Source: Aulosira sp. ZfuVER01
GTDB lineage: Bacteria; Cyanobacteriota; Cyanobacteriia; Cyanobacteriales; Nostocaceae
NCBI GenBank assembly: GCA_034530615.2
Contig: JAVRCV020000002.1
Coordinates: forward strand, 1 to 58,198
Length of the DNA: 58,198 nt
Reading direction: 5' to 3'
Position numbers and translations under genes: made by a program. Each line of letters opens with the position of its first letter. The stretch's first letter is position 1. Under the pieces are notes generated by a model. That model worked only from the letters and a program-made list of their open reading frames with translations, had not been told where the DNA came from and ran no database searches. This document shows positions 50,148 through 58,198 of the stretch, piece after piece.

Positions 50148-50524
50148 TCACTTCCACTCACCTTGGAGCGTAAAAGCTGCCCAAAAATAGGGTGCTTTAT
50201 AGTTAGAATCGCGCCACATCTGGGTTTGTGCTGCTCGTAGTGCCGCAGCAGGTTTCAAGCCATCTTGCAGTTAAAAGCGCGATCGCAACCATATCAGTTT
50301 CTTTTTCAGCTTGAAATATTGATAGTGCTTGGTTGTAATGTTCTAGTGCTTTTTGCTTTTCCCACAAATTAGGAATAACTCGTTGCGATTGACCAAAGGC
50401 TTATGGCTTGCTGTAAGGGCCTTTTCAACTCTCGACTAAGATTGAGTGCCTGCTGAAAATAGGCCAGTGCCTTTTCTTTTTCGCGTCGCTCCGAGTAGAT
50501 GCTACCAATAATATAGAGTGCAAC
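50148..50524 (-). pseudogene. Deleted and frameshifted TPR-CHAT paralog
   Basis: 50524-50272 encodes two TPRs (LYIIGSIYSERREKEKALAYFQQAL; KALEHYNQALSIFQAEK) with a frameshift. It is joined at about 50270 to a copy of the last 40 CHAT codons (LQDGLKPAAALRAAQ...QGEWK*). Confidence 0.85.
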
Positions 50525-50724
50525 TTGTGAAAACTGGCAGAAATTGCCGTTGCTTGTACTGGCACTCCATTTGATTAATCATGACTGCACTTATGAGCCA
50601 AAAATTGCTTTAATCCCACTATATATCTGTAATATTACAGATTTTGGCTATTTTTTAATACAGTATTAGCTTCAAACCTATTGAGAAAATTTCAACTCTC
50701 AAAATTCTCAGTATTAGATTCAAG

Positions 50725-52956
50725 CTAACGCAGTGCATCTAATATTGCAGTCACTTTTGGGGGAACAGCTGTGAAACGAATTAGAAAACAATTTCTCTCA
50801 TCCTGAGATTTTTTCAAAACCTTAGCATAGATATCACCATCTCCTGGAGCAAGTTCTGATTTATTCAATAATTTGAGTTTGATATTAGTTAAAGGTTCTA
50901 GTGACTGCTCTGAGCGCAATTGACCTCCATGTTCTGATAAGCAGACAAGCTGACCATGAAATATGGTTCCTACAGCGTGTTTACCTTCCAAAATGGTATA
51001 TTCAAGGGAAATTTCTTCGGTCAATTTCACCATATTCTCATCAGATTTAGGCAAGTAAAGATTATACTTACCGCCAATGCCACCAATATCGTAGATAGTA
51101 ATGGGAGCTTTAATTCCCTTTGGTTCTACCCGTAATTCTCCATCAATTCTCAGGTCAATGTTGGCATCTTTTAGGGTTTCCTCAGAAATCAAAATTTGAC
51201 CACCCACGGTGTAAGATTCAATCCGGGAAGTTAGATTGACATGACTACCTACAACTGAATATTTAGCGCGTTTTTGCGAGCCGACATTTCCCGCGACAAC
51301 CTCACCTGTATGAATGCCAATTCCCATTTCCAGAATTGGTAAATCCATCTGCTGATTATGCTCATTTACAGGCTTCATCGCCAATTGCATGGCAATAGCG
51401 CAGGCGATCGCTCTTTGGGAATCATCTTCGCGGCTCACAGGTGCGCCAAACATGACAAAGATACCATCGCCAATAAACTCATTAATTGTACCGTTGTACT
51501 GATTAATTACATCCGCCATCGCTCCCAGATAAACATTGAGAATTGCTACCACTTGTTCTGGTGCTAATCGTTCCGATACGGCAGAAAATCCTCTTAAATC
51601 AGACATGAGGACTGTGACTTTTCTTCGTTCTCCCCCAAACTTCAGCCCAGAAGGCGTCTCTAGTAAACTAGCAACCACTTCATCTGTGACATAGCGCCCA
51701 AAGGTACGGCGCATTTCGGCAGCACTACGAGCAATATACTGGGTAACAGCGATCGCAGATCCGGTTAAGGCTAACAGCGGTGGTACCACAGGAATCCACC
51801 AAGCAAAAATAAATGCTACGAAACTGCCACCCACCAAGCAGCTAGTTGCGAATACGATACTGCTAGTAGTATTAGCGAGTAAGCGCAATTTCTTGTTTTC
51901 TGGACTACTATGTCGATGTTGCCAACACAAAGTAGCACCTACTATTGACCAAGCTAAAATCCATAACCACTCTAGCGGTTCAGGTAAAGTCTTGATCTCT
52001 GGACGCCCCTCCAAAGCCGAACTTAAAATTTGGCTAATCAAATTGGCATGAATTGCTACACCCGCCATGCGTTGAGGAGAATTCAACAAAATACTGCTAT
52101 AGGGTGTCAAGAAGAGATCCTTCAAGCTTTCAGCAGTAGAACCAATCAAAACAATCTTGTCTTGCAACAAGCCTGAAGGAATGCGGTTCTGTAAAACATC
52201 ATTTATAGAAACTTTTCGGAACCGATTAATTGTGCCTCGGTAGTTTAAAAGTATTTGATAGCTACCTGCATCTGCTCCAACGTAACCCCCATCATTGGCT
52301 TCAAAAATCGGGAAAATACCCTTACCTAGCTGCAAGAAATTTGGATTTTTTGCGGCAGGTTTTTCAGTAATTCCCTCAGCTTTCAAATACAACAATGCCA
52401 GTTTCAACCCAAAGCTTTCTAGAGCGTTACCATCTTCCAAACCTACGTACAGCAAACCTCGACGGATTTTACCATCTCCGTCTAAAGGTAAGTCATTTGC
52501 TCCTATTTGTTGGCGTTGCTTGAGTTCTGAAGGCGAATTAACTTGAAAACTATCAGATTTCTGAGATACTTTTTGGACTCCAATCAAGTTAGGCGTAGTC
52601 TCAAATACTTTGACTAAGTTTTGATGACCAGGCTCAACAGGTAAGTCTCGATAAAGGTCTAGGCCGATTGCTCTAGGTTTTTGCTGCTTTAAATTATCCA
52701 AGACTTTGGCAAGTACATCATCGCTTATCGGCCACTGCTTCAACTTGCTGATGTCTGGCTCATTAATTTCAACTATGACAATGCGCTCATCAACAGGCTC
52801 TTGTGGCCGTAAACTAAAAAACTGGTCTAGCGTTGCCAACTCTAATAATTGCAGTAATCCTGTAAACCGCAGCGCAATCACAACAGCTGTCACATTGGGT
52901 ACTGCTAGCAAAACTCCACGCCATTGCCATATTAGCTGTTTCAGCTTTGCGCGCAT
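50725..52956 (-). CDS. CHASE2 plus 3 TM plus class III nucleotide cyclase (Cya2-like, probably guanylyl) plus PilZ-like tail
   Basis: CHASE2 (IGLDLYRD, MAGVAIHAN); SDLRGFS, INEFIGDG, KYSVVGSHVNLTSRIES. Confidence 0.9.
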   Translation of the reverse strand: MRAKLKQLIWQWRGVLLAVPNVTAVVIALRFTGLLQLLELATLDQFFSLRPQEPVDERIVIVEINEPDISKLKQWPISDDVLAKVLDNLKQQKPRAIGLDLYRDLPVEPGHQNLVKVFETTPNLIGVQKVSQKSDSFQVNSPSELKQRQQIGANDLPLDGDGKIRRGLLYVGLEDGNALESFGLKLALLYLKAEGITEKPAAKNPNFLQLGKGIFPIFEANDGGYVGADAGSYQILLNYRGTINRFRKVSINDVLQNRIPSGLLQDKIVLIGSTAESLKDLFLTPYSSILLNSPQRMAGVAIHANLISQILSSALEGRPEIKTLPEPLEWLWILAWSIVGATLCWQHRHSSPENKKLRLLANTTSSIVFATSCLVGGSFVAFIFAWWIPVVPPLLALTGSAIAVTQYIARSAAEMRRTFGRYVTDEVVASLLETPSGLKFGGERRKVTVLMSDLRGFSAVSERLAPEQVVAILNVYLGAMADVINQYNGTINEFIGDGIFVMFGAPVSREDDSQRAIACAIAMQLAMKPVNEHNQQMDLPILEMGIGIHTGEVVAGNVGSQKRAKYSVVGSHVNLTSRIESYTVGGQILISEETLKDANIDLRIDGELRVEPKGIKAPITIYDIGGIGGKYNLYLPKSDENMVKLTEEISLEYTILEGKHAVGTIFHGQLVCLSEHGGQLRSEQSLEPLTNIKLKLLNKSELAPGDGDIYAKVLKKSQDERNCFLIRFTAVPPKVTAILDALR

Positions 52957-53475
52957 ACTATAAATTCCTAAGTTCCGAGTAATTAGTCTCTCATCAAGAG
53001 TGAATAAATCACTTGCTAGGGTTGAATGCCACTAAAATCAGATGGATTTAGACACTCGTAGGGTAGCTCCTCAAAGGGTAGAAGCGAGGGATATGGACAG
53101 CAATTTGTGCTGAAGTAAATGCCATTTATTGATAGATTTGCCTTCTCAATAATTGAGGCAAGATTAGACTTTCAATCTAATTTTGTAATTTTTATGAGGT
53201 AGTTTCAATTGATGAAACTCGTGAACACTATTTTGCATCAAAAAAAAGGTAGAGTCAGCAATTGTTATATTTTCGTTCTTCTTTCTTTGCAAAGCTTATT
53301 ACACACCCTAACGCTAATGCCGTAAATCTCTGCATGAGGTTGTTTCATCGATGGTCATACTTTTGAAATAAGGAGGGGAGCAGGGAGCAGAGGAGAAATA
53401 ATTAAAAAGCGCTGACACCACCTTACAGTGGCAGCAGCGTCTACAACATTGATAAACTCAACACTGTATTAGTTA

Positions 53476-54333
53476 TTATTGCTTGTTTTTGGAACAGTCA
53501 AGTATTTGGTCTGATGCAAACTGACTCAAGCCGACTGATTGAAAGAATCGTCTCCAATCAAATCTGACCTTCAAATTATTTGGTTCAGCACAACGTAACT
53601 CAATCAGACTAGTTAGTGCTTCATGCCAAATTCCAGCATCTGCATAAAGGGCTGGACGTTTTCGCAAGTCTGCTTGTGCTAATGCTTTTGATAATGTTGG
53701 TTCTGGTTGTGTGCGTTCCACCCACCCTTCTAAATTAGGATTCTTGGTGGGATTTTGTTCATCACAAACTAATGTTAGATACCAGTGATAGCGCTTACCC
53801 ACTTTTAAAGGAGAGGCGCTAGCAGGAAGAGTCAACTTCATGATTCCTGGTTTAGTTGGCAGGTTCAAAATTGTTTCATAAATTACATCATCATCTTCAT
53901 TATTCTTCTCTGCCTCAGCCAAGATGACAAACTGGGCTGTTTTGACGGTAGATGGAGGTACATGCCAGAAAAATGTTGGATGTTCGGAAAAGGTTAGCCC
54001 TATATTTTCTTGTGGTATTAAAGGAGTTAATAACTGATTTTTTTGGACGCAAGAGGAGGAGCCACGGGTAGCACCACCAGCGCTTGCAGGTGGTAATCCC
54101 CTCGCTGGAGGTGTAAATTGACGAGTAGCGCCACCAGCGCTTTCTGGTGGTAATCCTCGCTTAGGTGGCTTAAAAGACTGAGAGATTAGCCAAGGCTGTT
54201 TTGTGTGTTGACTGAGCGATGCAGGGTCAACCTGAGCTTGTGCTTGTGTTGCTAGACTAGGAATAGTAACAAGTTCCAACAACATTGGTATGGAAAAGGC
54301 TACTAAACCTAGAGATTGCTTGATCCATTTCAT
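53476..54333 (-). CDS. DUF928 domain protein, exported
   Basis: Signal-like N-terminus, GGATRG, HPTFFWHVP, YADAGIWHEAL. Confidence 0.9.
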   Translation of the reverse strand: MKWIKQSLGLVAFSIPMLLELVTIPSLATQAQAQVDPASLSQHTKQPWLISQSFKPPKRGLPPESAGGATRQFTPPARGLPPASAGGATRGSSSCVQKNQLLTPLIPQENIGLTFSEHPTFFWHVPPSTVKTAQFVILAEAEKNNEDDDVIYETILNLPTKPGIMKLTLPASASPLKVGKRYHWYLTLVCDEQNPTKNPNLEGWVERTQPEPTLSKALAQADLRKRPALYADAGIWHEALTSLIELRCAEPNNLKVRFDWRRFFQSVGLSQFASDQILDCSKNKQ

Positions 54334-54535
54334 GCCTAAATCCCCTCTCAACTAGTTATATAACCATAGAAACGCCTTAATTGTTGATCGGCCAAGATTT
54401 GGTAACAATCAACCGGGGCAATCAATAGACTATAAAAGTACTGAATTATTGGGAAGCTAATATACAGTAATATCCGTCTTCAGATATTACACTGTGATAT
54501 CTGTCGAAAATATACGGGTATTGTTCCCGATAAGT

Positions 54536-54643
54536 AGTACAGCTGCGCGGAATTTAAAATTTGCTCATTTAAAATTCACAAACTTTCTATTTTAGACTTT
54601 TGAGATGTTAGTTGATGATAATTTATTTCTGCAGCATTGTACT
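54536..54643. mobile_element. MITE-like element
   Basis: Imperfect TIRs AGTACAGCTGCGCGGAAT / ATTTCTGCAGCATTGTACT. Confidence 0.45.
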
Positions 54644-54716
54644 CAACGATCTACATTGCCATCAGCTAAAAAAATCTCGTCAGTGACTCAAGAGAAGTTT
54701 TTAAACTAGCTAATTC

Positions 54717-55928
54717 CTAATTGCTGTTTTCACATATTTCTTTACTTAAAGCTAAGACTGCATTTTGTCCACCAAAGCCAAAACTGAAACAAAGTGCGTA
54801 TTGAATTTTATGTTGACAAGCCGCAGTCACCAGATTCAAATCAAACTCTGGCTCCTGCAATCCCACGCATGGTGGCAAAATTTGATGTTGCAATGCTAGT
54901 AGAGAAAAAGCTGCACCTAAAGCTCCCGATGCACCTAGAGTATGGCCTGTTGCTCCTTTAGTAGAACTAACTGCTACTTTTTGGGGAAATACACGCTCGA
55001 TTACCATGCTCTCTATGCGGTCGTTTAGCTGGGTAGCTGTACCATGAGCATGAATATAATCAATATCGCCTGGTGTTAGACAACTGCGCTCCAAGCATTG
55101 CTTAACAGATGCGATCGCACTTTTACCCTCTGGATCTGGAGCATTGGGATGATATGCGTCGTTAAGTAAGCTAAAACCGAGAACTTCACCATAAATCTTG
55201 GCTTGTCGCTGCTTTGCTAACTCTGCTGATTCTAGAACAAATACAGCTGCGCCTTCGCCTAAAACCAAGCCTTCACGGCATAAATCAAAGGGATAAGCCC
55301 CAGTTTTCGCTAAAGCTCCCATCTGCTGAAAACCTGCCAAAGTTAGGGGTGTGATGGGTGCTTCAATTGCTCCAGCGATCGCTCTTTGATATTGTCCAGT
55401 TTGCAATAGACTAGTAGCTTGCGCGATCGCCCAAATTCCTGTAGCACAGGCTGCCATTGGTGCTAACACGCTCCCAGATGCACCAATTTGCCTTGCAGCT
55501 GCGATCGCATTCATGTGAGGCAAAGTATCTAACCAATTTTCCATCTCCTTAATTTGTAGGGAGGATTGGTGAGGATCGCTACTGTGGATTTGCCGCGCTA
55601 GCATTTCCCACGACGCTTGATAACCGCGACTCGATCCGATAACTACAGCACAGTCATCTAAAGGCAACGATAAACCAGCATCTTTTAAAGCATCAGCAAC
55701 AACCAACTGAGTCAGTACTTTTAACGAGGCTGGTTTTTGACCAATCAATGCTAGAGGATATGGCTCTAATTCTGGAAATGGTTGATGTAATTGAATTCCA
55801 GATTTACTTGCTATCAAATTTTTCCAGCTAGCTTCTAAATTTTCTCCTAAGGCAGAAACTAGACCGATACCAGTAACAACAACCTTAACCAATTTGGGCT
55901 TTTTAACTTGGGAATTTGGATGAGTCAT
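54717..55928 (-). CDS. Beta-ketoacyl-ACP synthase (FabF-like paralog)
   Basis: AACATG (Cys), HAHGTAT and GHTLGA (His/His), SFGFGGQN. Confidence 0.9.
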   Translation of the reverse strand: MTHPNSQVKKPKLVKVVVTGIGLVSALGENLEASWKNLIASKSGIQLHQPFPELEPYPLALIGQKPASLKVLTQLVVADALKDAGLSLPLDDCAVVIGSSRGYQASWEMLARQIHSSDPHQSSLQIKEMENWLDTLPHMNAIAAARQIGASGSVLAPMAACATGIWAIAQATSLLQTGQYQRAIAGAIEAPITPLTLAGFQQMGALAKTGAYPFDLCREGLVLGEGAAVFVLESAELAKQRQAKIYGEVLGFSLLNDAYHPNAPDPEGKSAIASVKQCLERSCLTPGDIDYIHAHGTATQLNDRIESMVIERVFPQKVAVSSTKGATGHTLGASGALGAAFSLLALQHQILPPCVGLQEPEFDLNLVTAACQHKIQYALCFSFGFGGQNAVLALSKEICENSN

Positions 55929-55969
55929 GGGTAATAGTTTTTTCTACTACCCATTACCCAATCTCTAAA

Positions 55970-56761
55970 TTATTGACCGGGGGTTTTTAAGTTTTCTGCG
56001 CCTTTGGTGACTTTAGCAGAGTCAATGCGATCGCCTTGCTGAATTTTGTTGACGACATCAAAGCCTTCGGTGACATTGCCAAATACAGCATAGTTCCCAT
56101 CTAAAAAGCCTAGATCTGCTAGAGCAAAGTAAAACTGGGAAGATGCAGAGTCTGGTTGTTGCGATCGCGCCATTGCCACCGCACCAAGTTTATGAGACAA
56201 CACAGGTGGTTGCGTAATCGTCTTGCTATAAATCGGTTGATCTGCCCCTTTTGGCTTGATTTCTAAGGGTATGTAACGCTCGTTCTTAGTTTTGGGATCG
56301 ATAAACCCACCTGTTCCCAGTCTGCTTGCTGGAACTTTCGGGTCTTTACTTTGGGGATCGCCGCCTTGAACTACAAATGGTTGGGGATCGCGCACTACTC
56401 GATGAAAAACTGTCCCATCGTACACACCCCGTTGTACTAAATCTACGAAGTTGCCAGCTGTAATTGGGGCATCAGTGCCGTCTACTTCGATAGTAATCGG
56501 CGAACCTTTCACCGTCATCACCACAGTAGCCTTGCCTTCGAGCCGTGGTAAATCTTTCATTCCAGGAATACTCTCACTAGTAGTTTCTGATACAGACGTT
56601 GCTTCAGTGGTTGTCCTGCTGCTTGTCTCGGTTGCTGCTGAGGTAGCTGTTGAAGTAGGAGAAGAGGCTTTAAAAGCATCTTGCTGTGTTGAACATCCAC
56701 CTAACACCAACGCACCGACAATCACAAGCGCAACCAAAAATGGTGGAAATTTTAACCGCAT
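55970..56761 (-). CDS. Cyclophilin-type peptidyl-prolyl isomerase, lipoprotein
   Basis: LGGC lipobox, FHRVV, QGGDP, AMAR, SASSQFY, YAVFG. Confidence 0.95.
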   Translation of the reverse strand: MRLKFPPFLVALVIVGALVLGGCSTQQDAFKASSPTSTATSAATETSSRTTTEATSVSETTSESIPGMKDLPRLEGKATVVMTVKGSPITIEVDGTDAPITAGNFVDLVQRGVYDGTVFHRVVRDPQPFVVQGGDPQSKDPKVPASRLGTGGFIDPKTKNERYIPLEIKPKGADQPIYSKTITQPPVLSHKLGAVAMARSQQPDSASSQFYFALADLGFLDGNYAVFGNVTEGFDVVNKIQQGDRIDSAKVTKGAENLKTPGQ

Positions 56762-56960
56762 GACTAATTACTGACTCAACCAGAGTATCTTATCGTTTCC
56801 CACGATTATAGATTTCGGATTTATTTCTCAGCCAAACTTTCTCTTTCACAATTCTTTACATCTGTTTTTCCCAGCTATGAAGGAGTGTAAAGAGCAGGGG
56901 AGGATGAGGGAGAGGAGGGAGAACAAAGCAGGGGAAGAAATGCTCGTCAAGCATAAACTC

Positions 56961-57060
56961 TAATACCATTTCACCAAAAATATGATGCAGACGCAAACCC
57001 TGGAACCTTTGCTGAGTCTCAATTTCTTAATTTTGAATTTTGAATTTTGAATTGGTATTA
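56961..57060. mobile_element. MITE-like element with TAATACCA terminal inverted repeats
   Basis: TAATACCA...TGGTATTA enclosing AATTTTG heptamers. Confidence 0.5.
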
Positions 57061-57126
57061 GCCCTTGCCTCTTGCCTTGCTCCCCATGCCCAATGCCCAA
57101 TCACCCTTGACTCTTGTTAAAAATCT

Positions 57127-57720
57127 TTACAGACCTTCTAGAGGTACTCCCAAAAACCGAGCTAACTCTGCACCTTGAATTTCCAACTCTGTTAAGGATA
57201 AAGGTTGACCTACTCTGGTTAGAGGAATGTCTCGCCGTCCTTTAACTCGTAGGTAGAGTGCGCGACGAGGGTTAAGACCTTCTTTGATAGCTATTTGTAC
57301 AGATTGTGCGTCTTGAATGGGACTTTCAAGCTCAATCCGACGGTTTTTACCGGGAAATCCGTGGCGGAAAATTTTAATTGTGCCGGTTTCTTGATTAAAC
57401 TCGTTATATCCACCGCCTATATCCCATAAAATCGCTAACCACAGGTATAAGGCTAAAAGTAAGCCCGCTAGTCCGTATAACCCCATAACTAAGCCTTGGG
57501 GGACGAAAACCAGTTGTGTTGGATCGGTAACTATGAGTAAATTAACTTTTAGGTAACTAGAGACTCCAGCTAACACAAAGCCTGTAGCTCCTAAGGTAAC
57601 GACAGTTGCCCACCAGTAGTTGCTAAACCGACGAGACCCTAGAACTTTTTGATGTAGGACACGTGCTGTGGAGCTATCGCCGTTAGGTGAATCGCCTTTG
57701 TTAATTGTTGATGCCGTCAT
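57127..57720 (-). CDS. ycf4: Photosystem I assembly protein Ycf4
   Basis: GSRRFSNYWWA, FVPQG, GFPGKNRRI, AELARFLGVPLEG. Confidence 0.98.
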   Translation of the reverse strand: MTASTINKGDSPNGDSSTARVLHQKVLGSRRFSNYWWATVVTLGATGFVLAGVSSYLKVNLLIVTDPTQLVFVPQGLVMGLYGLAGLLLALYLWLAILWDIGGGYNEFNQETGTIKIFRHGFPGKNRRIELESPIQDAQSVQIAIKEGLNPRRALYLRVKGRRDIPLTRVGQPLSLTELEIQGAELARFLGVPLEGL

Positions 57721-58125
57721 TGAACTACCTTGGCCTGTGAGATATACCCTTTAAAAGTCTGCCATTTGAGCAGTATGTCTTGCAAGTTTAGGAAATATTT
57801 GTTTTGAGATTTATGAGAAAAGTTGTGTCAGATTGTAAAATTTCTGATATTCATAATATTTAATAGCTTCGTGTTAAATCACCTGATTCACTTGCGTGGA
57901 TCGGTCAAAAACCCGAATGGATGTGATAAGTTAAGAATCATTAAGTTACCAAAGACTAGACTACTAGCCAATGGTACGGGTAATGGCATAACCCTGAGAA
58001 ACGCTGACTCAAAAGGCGATAAGTTCTCAGAATCTCAGTAGTTTTAAGGCTACTGAAAATTGTCAAAAAAAACGTTAATTCCTCAGAAACGCTGAAATTT
58101 TAGTAAAAAAGAGGATTTTAGTTCA

Positions 58126-58198
58126 ATGACCATCGCAGTTGGGCGCGCCCCCAGTAGAGGGTGGTTTGACGTTCTAGACGACTGGTTGAAGCGCGATC
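58126..58198 (+). CDS. psbD: Photosystem II D2 protein, 5' end (partial, absent from ORF track)
   Basis: ATG 58126 gives [28 protein letters not shown] at 58111. Confidence 0.97.
   Translation, partial: MTIAVGRAPSRGWFDVLDDWLKRD

Noticed and set aside
50626..54503. Shared TATTACA palindromes (50626-50641 and 54481-54503) as a common operator
   Set aside because: Different spacing and only two instances; insufficient support.
54717..55928. FabF-like gene as a type II PKS feeding the SnoaL/ABM domains
   Set aside because: No ACP or chain-length factor nearby, about 20 kb from the fusion gene, and in a housekeeping context with cyclophilin and ycf4.

Overview
A 58 kb chromosomal window from a filamentous, probably Nostocales, cyanobacterium (many HIP1 GCGATCGC octamers, heptamer/decamer tandem repeats, psaC, ycf4, start of psbD). 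The left flank is mostly housekeeping: glmS, psaC, fmt, minCDE, gdhA with a canonical NtcA box, an apocarotenoid oxygenase next to a CYP120-like P450, and a folate-biopterin transporter. The right flank carries a TPR-CHAT protease plus a deleted paralog, a CHASE2 Cya2-type cyclase, a DUF928 protein, a FabF-like synthase, a cyclophilin, ycf4 and psbD. The most interesting part is 21.4-36.9 kb. It is a minus-strand cluster whose order (NTF2-like, CMD, DJ-1/PfpI, AGE-type epimerase, STAS, GlgX, STAS, PP2C, RsbW-like kinase) matches my recollection of the Synechocystis icfG cluster (slr1852-slr1861). Here it is expanded by duplicated CMD and EthD modules and a 1121-aa CMD-EthD-VOC-SRPBCC-SnoaL-SnoaL fusion that still carries Shine-Dalgarno-like motifs at two domain junctions. 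The two EthD copies share a 395-bp identical tract. Diverging from the cluster are a 1432-aa multicopper oxidase/FG-GAP/DUF4114 protein, an ABM-family protein and a porin. My inference is an uncharacterised glycogen-linked, phosphorylation-switched sugar or carbonyl chemistry pathway. All family calls come from motif recognition by eye; no searches were run.
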